Part shown: in pieces, positions 11,123-20,557 of the stretch
How positions within the stretch are numbered: the stretch's first letter is position 1
Layout of the letters: each line of letters starts with the position of its first letter
The notes under the pieces: generated by a model
Databases searched by the model: none
Told to the model about the DNA's origin: nothing
The model's input: the letters and a program-made list of their open reading frames with translations, nothing else
Program-made: the position numbers and the translations under genes
Source: Candidatus Fermentithermobacillaceae bacterium
GTDB lineage: Bacteria; Bacillota; Sulfobacillia; Fermentithermobacillales; DUSS01
DNA: 64,000 nucleotides
Assembly (NCBI GenBank): GCA_012842495.1
Contig: DUSS01000016.1
Location: forward strand, 6,136-70,135
Direction of reading: 5' to 3'

Positions 11123-11138
11123 AGCAAAAGCCGTGCCA
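11123..11138 (-). promoter_or_regulatory. Sigma-54 (-24/-12) promoter, TGGCAC-N5-TTGCT, upstream of the kdd-kamA-...-kamE operon
   Basis: The minus strand reads cgTGGCACggcttTTGCTtc, matching the TGGCAC-N5-TTGCW consensus exactly. It lies about 270 nt upstream of the kdd start and immediately downstream of a sigma-54 activator gene. Confidence 0.6.
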
Positions 11139-11335
11139 CGGTACCCGGATTCCGGCCCTGGGAATAGGGACCGTACGGGCAAATCGTACGCTGCGGGAAA
11201 CCGGCAGTAACCGCAGGGTAGACGCGCTTTTTAAGGCGTGGGGACATGCTTTGCGGAAGACTCCGTGCCCTCTTCATATCCCGGCCCTGGACCCGAAAAG
11301 GTATCTTTTTCAGGGTGCCCGCCGAATTTTCGGCG

Positions 11336-13021
11336 CTACGGCCGGTTGCGGTGACGGCCCCGCTGCACCGCCGGGTCGAGCACCGGCTTCACCATAGCCA
11401 TCTCTATGCCGAGAATCTTCATCCTGTACTGTAACGTTTGTCTGGGGATGCCCATTAGCCGCGCCGCGCCCGCTACGGTCCCGGCCCTGGACAAAGCCTC
11501 GAAGATCGCGGCTCTTTCCTTGATCCGGGCCTCCTCCCGGAGAGTCCCTAGCGGGCCGCCAGAATCGCCGCGAGGTGCGGCTACTGTTGAGGAGGGCAAG
11601 GAAGGCGGCGCAGGCAAGAAGGGGGAGGCAGACGAGGTAAGCGCTCCCGGCGAAGTTCCTCCCAAAGGCGCGTAGGTCGCCACGAGAAGGGATACTCCCC
11701 TCACGGAAGCCGGCAGGTCCTCAAGCTGGATTTCCCCACCTTTGCTGAAGTACATGCTTCCGAGGATTGCGTGCTCGAGCTCGCGGACGTTTCCGGGCCA
11801 GTCGTATGCCAAAAACGCGGCCATAACCTGGGGCGAAACCCTCGTGGGTTTCCCCGGCCCGCCGTGCTTTTTCAGAAAATGGTCTACCAGAAGCGGGATG
11901 TCCTCTTTGCGGTCCCTGAGAGGCGGAACAGCCAGCTCCACCACCGAGAGCCTGTAGTACAGGTCGGCCCTGAGCTTTCCCGATTGCACCGCGGTCCTGG
12001 GTGGAACGCTGGTCGAAGCTATGATTCTGGCGTCCACCGCTCTTTCCCGGACGTCTCCCAGGCGCCGGATTTTCCGCTCCTGTATGGCCCGAAGAAGCTT
12101 AGCTTGAAGTCCCGTAGGCATGGAGTCGAGTTCGTCGAGGTAAAGCGTTCCCCCCGAGGCCAGTTCCACCAACCCCGGTCTATCCCTGGCACCGGTGAAG
12201 CCGCCGGCGGCGGTACCGAACATAAGCCCTTCCAGCAGGGACTCGGGGAGGGCGGCGCAGTTTTGCGGCACGAACGGGAAGTCCCGCCTATCCGAAGCTG
12301 AGTGTATGGCCTGGACCACGAGTTCCTTGCCGGTTCCCGTTTCCCCCCAGACGAGAACGGGCGTGTCGCCCCTGGCTATCTGGACGGCGCGCCTGCGGAG
12401 TTCCCGGATGCAGGCAGATTCTCCGACGATGTCTTCGAAGGTATAAAGACGGCTGGGGGGGATCCCACGGTCTCTTTCCTGCTGAGCGCCGGTTTCCGTT
12501 CCGGAGACCCGCTTGAGCTCCTTCCGCAAATCGATGAGCCTGTCGGCGAGTTCCCGAACGTCGGTGATGTCTCTGGATACTTCCACCGCGCCGGCTATCT
12601 CCCCGCCTACGAGGATTGGATAGGTGTTGTTTATCGTAGTGATTTTCTTCCCCTTGAAGTTGAAGAACGTCTGCTGCCGTCCTACCTCGGGTACCCCGGT
12701 CTTCAGGACCTTGAGGAGGGTGGATGTATTCTCGTCCAGAGAGGGAAAAACGTCCAGGATGTGCTTGCCCAGGACTTCGCTGGGTTCGAGCCCGTCTATC
12801 CGTGAGGCAGCCTGGTTGTAAAACACCGTAATCCCGCGCCGGTCCACTATGTGAAAACCCTCGGCCGCCACTTCAAGGGCGGCCATCACAGCGTTACCGA
12901 GATCCAGGTCACCTCCCCCCTCCCCTGCCGAAATCTCGGCATGAAATTCGGCACCCTCCGCGTGAATTCCTGCAACAAGGGGGGATGATTTACATCGACT
13001 CGGGAGCGGAGATTCCGGCAA
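11336..13021 (-). CDS. Sigma-54-dependent transcriptional activator (PAS sensor, AAA+ sigma-54 interaction domain, C-terminal Fis-type HTH)
   Basis: It has GETGTGKELVVQAIH (Walker A), a GAFTGA-region variant LMFGTAAGGFTGA, and a C-terminal MGIPRQTLQYRMKILGI helix-turn-helix. The start is uncertain: TTG at 13021, which overlaps the argS 3' end, or an internal ATG at about 12886. Confidence 0.85.
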   Translation of the reverse strand: MPESPLPSRCKSSPLVAGIHAEGAEFHAEISAGEGGGDLDLGNAVMAALEVAAEGFHIVDRRGITVFYNQAASRIDGLEPSEVLGKHILDVFPSLDENTSTLLKVLKTGVPEVGRQQTFFNFKGKKITTINNTYPILVGGEIAGAVEVSRDITDVRELADRLIDLRKELKRVSGTETGAQQERDRGIPPSRLYTFEDIVGESACIRELRRRAVQIARGDTPVLVWGETGTGKELVVQAIHSASDRRDFPFVPQNCAALPESLLEGLMFGTAAGGFTGARDRPGLVELASGGTLYLDELDSMPTGLQAKLLRAIQERKIRRLGDVRERAVDARIIASTSVPPRTAVQSGKLRADLYYRLSVVELAVPPLRDRKEDIPLLVDHFLKKHGGPGKPTRVSPQVMAAFLAYDWPGNVRELEHAILGSMYFSKGGEIQLEDLPASVRGVSLLVATYAPLGGTSPGALTSSASPFLPAPPSLPSSTVAAPRGDSGGPLGTLREEARIKERAAIFEALSRAGTVAGAARLMGIPRQTLQYRMKILGIEMAMVKPVLDPAVQRGRHRNRP

Positions 13022-14684
13022 GTCTCAACGCGTTGCCCAGAACTATCTGGGTCAGCCTGGAAAGGTACAGCCTCGCGGAAGATAGCTCCTTGTTCTCCCC
13101 CAGAACCCGGCACCGGGTGTAAAAGCTATGGAAGGCTGTGGCCACGTCCATCATGTACTTGAGAAGGCGATTAGGTTGCCTTGATTCCGCGGCCCCCGCT
13201 ACCTCCTCGGGGAAGGCCGCCAGGATACGCATGAGCGATATCTCCGATGGATCCACGAGGAGGTCGAATTCCACCTCGTTCGGCCCCCAGGCGGGCAAGG
13301 GCCCAGCCTGCCGGGCCTGCCGGAAGATGCTGGCTATACGTGCGTGGGCGTACTGGACATAGTAAACCGGGTTTTCGTTGGACTGAAGCTTTGCCAGGTC
13401 CATATCGAAGTCGAGATGACTTTCAGGCGAGCGCATCAGGAAAAAGAATCTCGCCGCGTCCTTGCCGACCTCTTCGAGGAGTTCCTCCATCGTGATGAAT
13501 CCGCCGCCCCGCTTGGACATCTTAACGACTTCCTTGCCCCTCATAAGGCGGACCGTCTGGACGATCAGGACTTCCAGGGCGTCCGGGGAGAAGCCTAGAG
13601 CCTGCATGGACGCCTTCAGGCGCCCGATGTATCCGTGATGGTCGGGACCCAGGATGTCTATCAGATGGTCGAAGCCGCGAAGAAACTTGTTCCGGTGGTA
13701 CGCTATGTCCGGCACGATATATGTGGGCGTTCCATCGGATTTAATAAGCACCCTGTCCTTGTCGTCTCCGAACGTAGTGGAGCGGAACCACAGCGCGCCT
13801 TCGGACTGGTAGGTGTGCCCACGCTCTGTTAAAAGCTGAATTACCTTTTTGTCCTCGCCCTTTTCCCGCAGGGAGCTCTCGAAGAACCAGTTGTCGTACT
13901 TGAGGCCGTAATCCAGAAGAACCTTCTTTTGCCGCTCCACCATTCTGGAGACGGCAAAGGATGAAAACTCCCTTACCCTCTCCTCCTCGGGAAGGTCGAG
14001 GACCGCTGCACCCTTTTCCCGCAAGAATTCGTCGGCCAGCTCCAGGAGATAGTCGCCGGGGTAGCCGCCCTCGGGGATGGAAGCTTCCTGCCCAAGCTTT
14101 TGTCTAACCCTGGCTTCCAGCGAACGACCCAGGAGTTCGACCTGCCTCCCCCCGTCGTTCACGTAGAACTCCCGGGCCACCCGATAGCCCGCGGCGTCGA
14201 GAAGAGCCGCAAGACAGTCTCCTACCGCCGCCGCCCTCGCGTTTACTACGTTCAGCGGGCCGGTGGGATTGGCGCTCACGAACTCGAGGAGGATCTTTTT
14301 CCCCCCTCCGGCGTTCGACCGCCCGTACGCAGGGCCTTCTTTCCAGATCCGGGCCATGGCCGGCTCGAGCCAGGCCACGTCCAGGAAAAGGTTGATGAAC
14401 CCCGGCCCCGCTATATCCACCCGCAAGATGTGCGAGTCTTCGAGAGGAAGGTTTTTCACGATGGCCGACGCCACCGCCCGCGGGTCGAGCTCGGTTTGCC
14501 TGGCGATAACCATTGCCACGCTGGTTGCAAAGTCGCCCTGCTCGGGCCTGGGAGGAATGTCTATCTTTACGTCGGGTTTGACGTATTCGGGCAGGTCACC
14601 CTTGACTTTCCCTATCTCGATGGCCTTTTCTATCCTCGAGATGATATCGGCCTTTACTTCGCTGAGAACGCTTGTTTCGGGCAA
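12990..14684 (-). CDS. argS: Arginine--tRNA ligase
   Basis: It has class-I aaRS motifs (EFVSANPTGPLNVVNARAA, KMSKR) and the overall ArgS architecture. Confidence 0.9.
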   Translation of the reverse strand: MPETSVLSEVKADIISRIEKAIEIGKVKGDLPEYVKPDVKIDIPPRPEQGDFATSVAMVIARQTELDPRAVASAIVKNLPLEDSHILRVDIAGPGFINLFLDVAWLEPAMARIWKEGPAYGRSNAGGGKKILLEFVSANPTGPLNVVNARAAAVGDCLAALLDAAGYRVAREFYVNDGGRQVELLGRSLEARVRQKLGQEASIPEGGYPGDYLLELADEFLREKGAAVLDLPEEERVREFSSFAVSRMVERQKKVLLDYGLKYDNWFFESSLREKGEDKKVIQLLTERGHTYQSEGALWFRSTTFGDDKDRVLIKSDGTPTYIVPDIAYHRNKFLRGFDHLIDILGPDHHGYIGRLKASMQALGFSPDALEVLIVQTVRLMRGKEVVKMSKRGGGFITMEELLEEVGKDAARFFFLMRSPESHLDFDMDLAKLQSNENPVYYVQYAHARIASIFRQARQAGPLPAWGPNEVEFDLLVDPSEISLMRILAAFPEEVAGAAESRQPNRLLKYMMDVATAFHSFYTRCRVLGENKELSSARLYLSRLTQIVLGNALRLAGISAPESM

Positions 14685-14691
14685 CGTTGCT

Positions 14692-15585
14692 TCACTTCCC
14701 TTTCAGTCCGGCATCCTTCTCGTGGGAAAGCAGGAGAAGGCATTCTCTGACTATGGAAGCGGCCAAGAGTCCGGTTTGACCCGTAGAGTCATAGGCGGGT
14801 GCCACCTCGACAAGGTCGGCCGCGATTACGTTCGTCCCCTGGAGAGAGGCGACCGCATCCAGGAGTTCCTGCGAGGTAATGCCGCCTGGCTCGGGCACAC
14901 CCGTTCCCGGGGCAAACGCCGGGTCCACCACGTCTATGTCAACGGTAAGGTAGACCGGGCGGGAATCCAGTTTCGAAACCACCGTTCTCAGGGGCTCAAG
15001 GACCTTGTAAAAGTGGATTTCCGTAAGCCCCCTCGTCTCTTCGAGTTCACCCCTGTCGGCGGATCTCACGCCTAGCTGGTACACCCGTCCCGGACCCAGG
15101 AGCTCCGCCACTCGCCGCATTACGGTGCCGTGGGAGTAGCGGGTCCCAGTGAAGCGCGAACGAAGATCGGCATGAGCGTCGAGGTGTATCACCACGAGTT
15201 CCGGGTGTCGTTGGGCCACGGCTTCGACCAGAGGAAGGGTGATCAGGTGCTCACCCCCGAGGGCGAGGAAATTCTTGTCGCGGGAGAGGATTTCCCCGGC
15301 GGCCCTTTTGATGACTTCCAGCGCTTCCTCAACGTTTCCCATGGGCAGGACCAGGTCGCCGGCGTCGTAGTAGAGCTTTGGGTCCAGGGTTCGCCTTTGT
15401 CTCAGAGAATAGTCTTCGAGGGCTTGAGATGCCTCCCTTGCGGCGGACGGGCCGAATCTGGCCCCCGGCCTGAATGAAGTGGTCTCATCCAGAGGCACTC
15501 CCATGATAACCGTGGGAGCTGTCTCGTCCAGATTGGACCACAGGAATTTGGCCATTCGGGTCCATTCGAGAGACCGTTCAGCCAA
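14692..15585 (-). CDS. speB: Agmatinase (arginase family)
   Basis: It carries HLDAHADL and DIDVVDPAFAPGTG manganese-binding motifs. Its start abuts the speE stop, indicating an operon. Confidence 0.85.
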   Translation of the reverse strand: MAERSLEWTRMAKFLWSNLDETAPTVIMGVPLDETTSFRPGARFGPSAAREASQALEDYSLRQRRTLDPKLYYDAGDLVLPMGNVEEALEVIKRAAGEILSRDKNFLALGGEHLITLPLVEAVAQRHPELVVIHLDAHADLRSRFTGTRYSHGTVMRRVAELLGPGRVYQLGVRSADRGELEETRGLTEIHFYKVLEPLRTVVSKLDSRPVYLTVDIDVVDPAFAPGTGVPEPGGITSQELLDAVASLQGTNVIAADLVEVAPAYDSTGQTGLLAASIVRECLLLLSHEKDAGLKGK

Positions 15586-15587
15586 AG

Positions 15588-16463
15588 CTACATCCCCTTT
15601 CCCGGCGAATCCTGCCGGCTCGCATATTCGAGGTCCAGATCCTTCACGATTTTCGGTGGAAGGACGAAGGCCCTTCGATGGATCTCCGGGGAGTAGTATT
15701 TGAGCACCCCCTCGAAGTCAACGTCGGGCTTGCGGGACGGTTCCGCCGGATCTCCCCCGAATGCCGCGATGGTGAAGCTCCACCATCCACCCGGGTAGCT
15801 GGGCACGGGGGCGGTGTAAATCTTTGCCACCGGAAAGCAGGCGGCTATACGGTGATATACGTTCCTGACGAGATCCGGCGTCGCTATCGGGCTCTCGGTT
15901 TGAGCCGCAAAACAACCGCCCGGTTTCAGAGCTTTGGACGCCAGCGAATAGAAATCGACCTGAAACAGCACCTCCGCCGGTCCAACGGGGTCCGTCGAAT
16001 CCACGAGAATCACATCGTATTCAGACCTGGACCGCGCCAGGAACTCGCGCCCGTCCTCCACCACCAGCCTGGCCCTGGGGTCCGAAAACCCCGACGACCA
16101 AGCAGGCAGATGCTCCTTCGCCGCTGCGATGACTTCGCCATCGATGTCCACCATGAAAGCTTGCCTGACCGACTTATGCCTCAAGACCTCGCGCAGGCTG
16201 CCTCCATCTCCGCCCCCGATGATCAGGACTTTCTCGGGATGCGGATGGAAGAACATAGGCACGTGAACCAGGGACTCGTGGTATATGTACTCGTCCTTCT
16301 CGGTAGTCTGGATCACGTTGTCTAAAACGAGCATCCGTCCGAATTCCACGGTGTCGAAAATGCAGAGCTCCTGATATTTCGTCTTTTTTCTGGTCACCAC
16401 GGAGTTGATCTGACACGATATCCGGAGCCCGGGTAACCACTCTTCAGTGAACCAAACCTCCAA
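15588..16463 (-). CDS. speE: Spermidine synthase
   Basis: The N-terminus reads MEVWFTEEWLPGLRIS... and the LIIGGGDGG motif and the DSTDPVGPA block are present. Confidence 0.9.
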   Translation of the reverse strand: MEVWFTEEWLPGLRISCQINSVVTRKKTKYQELCIFDTVEFGRMLVLDNVIQTTEKDEYIYHESLVHVPMFFHPHPEKVLIIGGGDGGSLREVLRHKSVRQAFMVDIDGEVIAAAKEHLPAWSSGFSDPRARLVVEDGREFLARSRSEYDVILVDSTDPVGPAEVLFQVDFYSLASKALKPGGCFAAQTESPIATPDLVRNVYHRIAACFPVAKIYTAPVPSYPGGWWSFTIAAFGGDPAEPSRKPDVDFEGVLKYYSPEIHRRAFVLPPKIVKDLDLEYASRQDSPGKGM

Positions 16464-16892
16464 CCCAAACCCTCCTGGGCCGAATGCGGCTAAGTGTCGA
16501 AGGAATTATATCAGAAAAGGAATCTCGCTGAAAAAGGGCGGAATAGCCAGACAGCCGGCATCGCAGCTTGTTTTCCGGGGGCAAGGGCAATGGGCGTGGG
16601 CGACAGTTGGACGACAGGCAGGTACCTGAAAGACCGTGGGCGTCTCAAGACGCTAGATTCCGGCACGAGCCCCTGAGCCCGTGCGTCCCCTGACCGCGCG
16701 TTATGTCGGAACCCAGATCGCGTCGAACGCCGTATACGATAATAGCGCCGGTATGCCGGCTTCAAACGTGTCGCCAACGGGCATCACCGGATCCATCGGC
16801 TTCAGGTTGTGGGGCAGAGACCATGCCCGTAGCAACCAGGATGTAATAAGTGTCAAAAGACCGGTATTGTCATCAGGAGAGGAGCTCGCAAA

Positions 16893-19112
16893 TTGTCGGA
16901 AACAGGAACTACATCTAAAGAGCCCAGAGCATGGCGCTGGGAACGGAGTCAAGACGGCGCGCCCCTCCGGCGCTGGGCGGTTTTAGGCCTTAAAGCTGCG
17001 CTGGCCGGCGGCCTTTTGTTCTCCTTCGTCTTTTTTGCTCTGGTGCTCTTTTTGCCTCTGCCGTCACCATCGATACCGGAAGCTACCCGCGTCTACGACA
17101 GGAACGGCGAGCGTGTGGCGTCGCTTTTCGTGGAAAACAGGATCATCATCCCGGGAAGCGAAATACCCGACTACATGAAAAAGGCCGTCATCGCAGTCGA
17201 GGATAGGCGCTTTTACAAGCACTTCGGTATCGACCCGGAGTCTCTCATCAGGGCCATTTACCACAATCTTAAGGCCGGGAAAATCGTGGAGGGAGGAAGC
17301 ACCATCACCCAGCAACTGGCCAAGAACCTCTTCCTCACGCCGGAGCGCACGGTCAAGCGCAAGTTCCTCGAAGCGGTCTACACCATCAAACTCGAGATGC
17401 GCTACTCGAAAGACGAGATCCTCGACCTTTATCTGAACACCATCTATCTCGGGCATGGCGCCTACGGCGTCGAGGTAGCTGCGAGGACTTATTTTGGAAA
17501 GCCCGCCAGGGATCTTTCCCTGGCGGAATGTGCTCTCTTGGCCGGCCTCATCAGGAGTCCCGAAACGCTCACTCCCTACCGCGACATGGATCGAGCCGTC
17601 GAAATGAGGAATACCGTCCTCTCTCTCATGGCCGAACAGGGGTACATTTCCCGGGACGAGGCAGAGAAAGCCAGGAAAGAGAAAGTAGTCCTGGCGGGGT
17701 TGCCGAAGTCCGTCGGTCAGTACTTCGTGGACTACGTCGTGGCCTCTCTCCTGGAAAAGCATCCTGACCTCGCTGAAAAAGTTTACCGCGGGGGGCTCGA
17801 GATCTATACCACCCTCGACTTGAGGATGCAGAAAATCGCCGAGCGGGTGTTCGCCACCTATATGCCTCCTGCGACCAGAGATCAACAGGGGATCGAGCAG
17901 CCCCAGGGAGCTCTCGTGGCCCTAGACCCCTATACGGGCGAGATCAGGGCGATGGTCGGAGGGAGAGATTATTCCAAGACCCAATTGAACCGGGCGGTGG
18001 CAGCGCGACGGCAGCCGGGGTCAGCCTTCAAGATCTTCGTCTACTCCGCCGTAGTAGACCAGGGCTATCCCGTGACCACCCTTGAGATGTGCGAGCCCGT
18101 GAGTTTCCCTGGCAAGGAGACGGGTGAAACTTACACGCCCCACGACTACGGAAGGTTCCCCTACCATAACGCCCCTCTCAATGTCAGGCAAGCTGTGGCG
18201 ATATCCGATAACGTGGTTGCGGCGAAGTGGGCCTCAAAGGTGGGACCTGCGAAGATCGCTGAGTACGCGAGGAAGATGGGGGTGCAAAGCCCGCTGGAGC
18301 TCAACATACCGCTTGCCCTGGGCGCCTCCGAGGTGACTCCTTTGGAGATGGCCCGAGCTTGCGCCGTCCTCGCTTCGGGCGGGCTTCGTACCGAGCCCAT
18401 AGCAATTCTCAAGGTAGTCGATTCTTCGGGAAGGGTCATCGAGGAAAATAAGCCTTCGCCTCCTGTGAGAGTCCTCGATGAGGGCACATCTTACATCGTG
18501 ACGAGTCTCCTCCGCTCGGTGCTGGGCCCCGGAGGAACCGGGGAGAGCCTCGGGCCCGTGCTGGGGAATCGCCCTGCGGCCGGCAAAACCGGAACCACCG
18601 ATGATCACCTCGACGCCTGGTTCGTAGGCTATACGAGAGATCTGGCTTGCGCCGTCTACGTAGGTTGGGACCATCGGGAAAAGCCTCTTCCGGGTACAGG
18701 TGCCACGGTGGCCGGTCCCGTCTGGGCTCACTTCATGGCCGCGGCTCTGGCAAACACCCCTCCCAGAGATTGGGAGGTTCCGTCCAATGTCATATGGGCA
18801 CCGGTATGCGACGAAACGGGCAAGCTGGCCGGTCCAACGTGCTTTGCCAGGCACATGGAGGTCTTCAGAAAAGACATGATGCCCCCTGCCTGCGACACGA
18901 ACCACATCCTCGACTTCTTCCTCAAGGGCGCAGACAAGACCGGGACACCCGGGGCAAACCCAGATGCAGCAGGGAAAACAACGGGGCCGGAGACCGGAAC
19001 CTCGCAAAACCCGGTTCCGGACATCCGTCCCCTCGAAGCGCCACCCCTTCCCGGGCTCCTGGAAGGACTCTTTGATCGGGAAGAAGCCCCGGGCGTCCCC
19101 GCACCACGGTAG
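16893..19112 (+). CDS. Class A penicillin-binding protein (transglycosylase + transpeptidase, PBP1A-type)
   Basis: It has a TM anchor, GT51 motifs (EDRRFYKHFGIDP, ITQQLAKNLFL) and transpeptidase motifs (SAFK, KTGTTDD). It uses a TTG start with AGGAGAGGAG upstream. Confidence 0.9.
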   Translation: MSETGTTSKEPRAWRWERSQDGAPLRRWAVLGLKAALAGGLLFSFVFFALVLFLPLPSPSIPEATRVYDRNGERVASLFVENRIIIPGSEIPDYMKKAVIAVEDRRFYKHFGIDPESLIRAIYHNLKAGKIVEGGSTITQQLAKNLFLTPERTVKRKFLEAVYTIKLEMRYSKDEILDLYLNTIYLGHGAYGVEVAARTYFGKPARDLSLAECALLAGLIRSPETLTPYRDMDRAVEMRNTVLSLMAEQGYISRDEAEKARKEKVVLAGLPKSVGQYFVDYVVASLLEKHPDLAEKVYRGGLEIYTTLDLRMQKIAERVFATYMPPATRDQQGIEQPQGALVALDPYTGEIRAMVGGRDYSKTQLNRAVAARRQPGSAFKIFVYSAVVDQGYPVTTLEMCEPVSFPGKETGETYTPHDYGRFPYHNAPLNVRQAVAISDNVVAAKWASKVGPAKIAEYARKMGVQSPLELNIPLALGASEVTPLEMARACAVLASGGLRTEPIAILKVVDSSGRVIEENKPSPPVRVLDEGTSYIVTSLLRSVLGPGGTGESLGPVLGNRPAAGKTGTTDDHLDAWFVGYTRDLACAVYVGWDHREKPLPGTGATVAGPVWAHFMAAALANTPPRDWEVPSNVIWAPVCDETGKLAGPTCFARHMEVFRKDMMPPACDTNHILDFFLKGADKTGTPGANPDAAGKTTGPETGTSQNPVPDIRPLEAPPLPGLLEGLFDREEAPGVPAPR

Positions 19113-19144
19113 CGTTGCAGGATCCGCCCGGAAATAGCAAGGGC

Positions 19145-20299
19145 CTACTGTGCCTGGCCCAGCACGACTTGAATGTCCAGTTCTGTCCCGCTCCTTCTTA
19201 CCCTCAGGGTGACCTTGTCGCCCGGGGTTTTCTCTAACAGCAACGCCTGGAACTTGCCGAACGTGTCCACCGGTTTTCCGTCAAAATGCGTGATGATGTC
19301 GCCCTTCCTCAGACCCGCTTTGTCAGCCGGGCTCCTGGGTTCGACGGTGTAGACATAGAGGCCAGGGACCTCAAGATGGATACCGACCCCATAACGATCG
19401 ATTGACTCCTGGTCCATGAGTTGGACTCCAACCTTCGCCCGTTTCACCACGCCGTTTTCAATGAGTTCCCGGGCTATTCTCTTGACGAGGTTCGAAGGAA
19501 TGGCCAGTCCCATGCCTTCCACTCTCGGCGCGTCGAGTTTGGCCGAAGCCACCCCTATGACCTCTCCTGCGGCGTTTACAAGCGGTCCTCCGCTGTTGCC
19601 CGGATTGATCACGGCGTCGGTCTGTATGAGGTTCATGTAGTATTCTGAAACCCGCAGCACCCTGTCAAGACCCGATACCACCCCGACGGTAACGGAGTAC
19701 TTGAAGTCCATGCCCAGGGGGTTTCCGATGGCCACAACCATCTCTCCGGGACGCAACTTGTCGGAATCCCCGAATGTCGCTGCTATCAGGTCCTGTGCGT
19801 CCACCTTGATTACCGCGAGGTCCGTGGCCGGGTCTGCGCCCACGAGCTTGGCCTGGAACTTTCTGCCGTCGACTGTGAATACGGTGAGGGACTTGGAATC
19901 CCCGGCCACGACGTGGTTGTTGGTAACGATGTAGCCGTCAGAGGTCAATATGATACCTGACCCTGTCGCTTCCTGAACGTACTCCCGTCCGAACCAGTCG
20001 AAACCCGCCACGGTCTTGTTAACGATGCCCACCACGGACGGGCTAACTTTCTCAGCTATTAAGGGAACCCGGTCCCATAGGTCTGACCCCGTAGGAACAT
20101 CCCATCTTACCTGGGACAGCCCGTTCTGCCCCGGGGATTGTATTTGGGTCTTGGGTAACAGGGTGGAAACCCTGTCCAGCAGGATACTGGGGACAAGCAG
20201 GGTGACCAGAAGCCCGCCGATGATCGCCCCCACCACGCCTACGAGGACATATGACCAGATAGAACGCCTCTTTCCTTGATCTTCGTAGAAGTACTCCAT
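19145..20299 (-). CDS. htrA: HtrA/DegP-family serine protease with PDZ domain
   Basis: It has an N-terminal TM, the trypsin-like triad context (TNNHVV, DLAVIK, GNSGGPLVN) and a C-terminal PDZ domain. Confidence 0.85.
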   Translation of the reverse strand: MEYFYEDQGKRRSIWSYVLVGVVGAIIGGLLVTLLVPSILLDRVSTLLPKTQIQSPGQNGLSQVRWDVPTGSDLWDRVPLIAEKVSPSVVGIVNKTVAGFDWFGREYVQEATGSGIILTSDGYIVTNNHVVAGDSKSLTVFTVDGRKFQAKLVGADPATDLAVIKVDAQDLIAATFGDSDKLRPGEMVVAIGNPLGMDFKYSVTVGVVSGLDRVLRVSEYYMNLIQTDAVINPGNSGGPLVNAAGEVIGVASAKLDAPRVEGMGLAIPSNLVKRIARELIENGVVKRAKVGVQLMDQESIDRYGVGIHLEVPGLYVYTVEPRSPADKAGLRKGDIITHFDGKPVDTFGKFQALLLEKTPGDKVTLRVRRSGTELDIQVVLGQAQ

Positions 20300-20557
20300 C
20301 GCTATAGCCCGTCGCCGCCGGCAAGTCGCGGCGGCGAAAGCCGGGCGCCGCCTCCTTTCAGCCTAGAGTACATTCTCAGAGTAGATCCGGCACTAGATTT
20401 CGATTCGGTCAAGCCCTCCGGCGAGAAACCGGAAGATAGGGGACCCAGCGTATCGAAGCGCACGTAGGAATTGTCGGAGCGTACGAGCGTATCCCCATCT
20501 ATATATTAACGAATGGGGCAAGCGGAAGTCTGCTGGAGGTAAGAGATGTAACTGGTC

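Noticed and set aside
20300-20557. GC hairpin CGCCGCCGgcaagtcgCGGCGGCG (about 20312-20337) considered as the murA terminator
   Set aside because: It lies in the htrA 5' region, 220 nt from the murA stop, and is not followed by a U-tract. The weaker CCCCAT-N15-ATGGGG stem nearer murA is also unconvincing, so no terminator is called.
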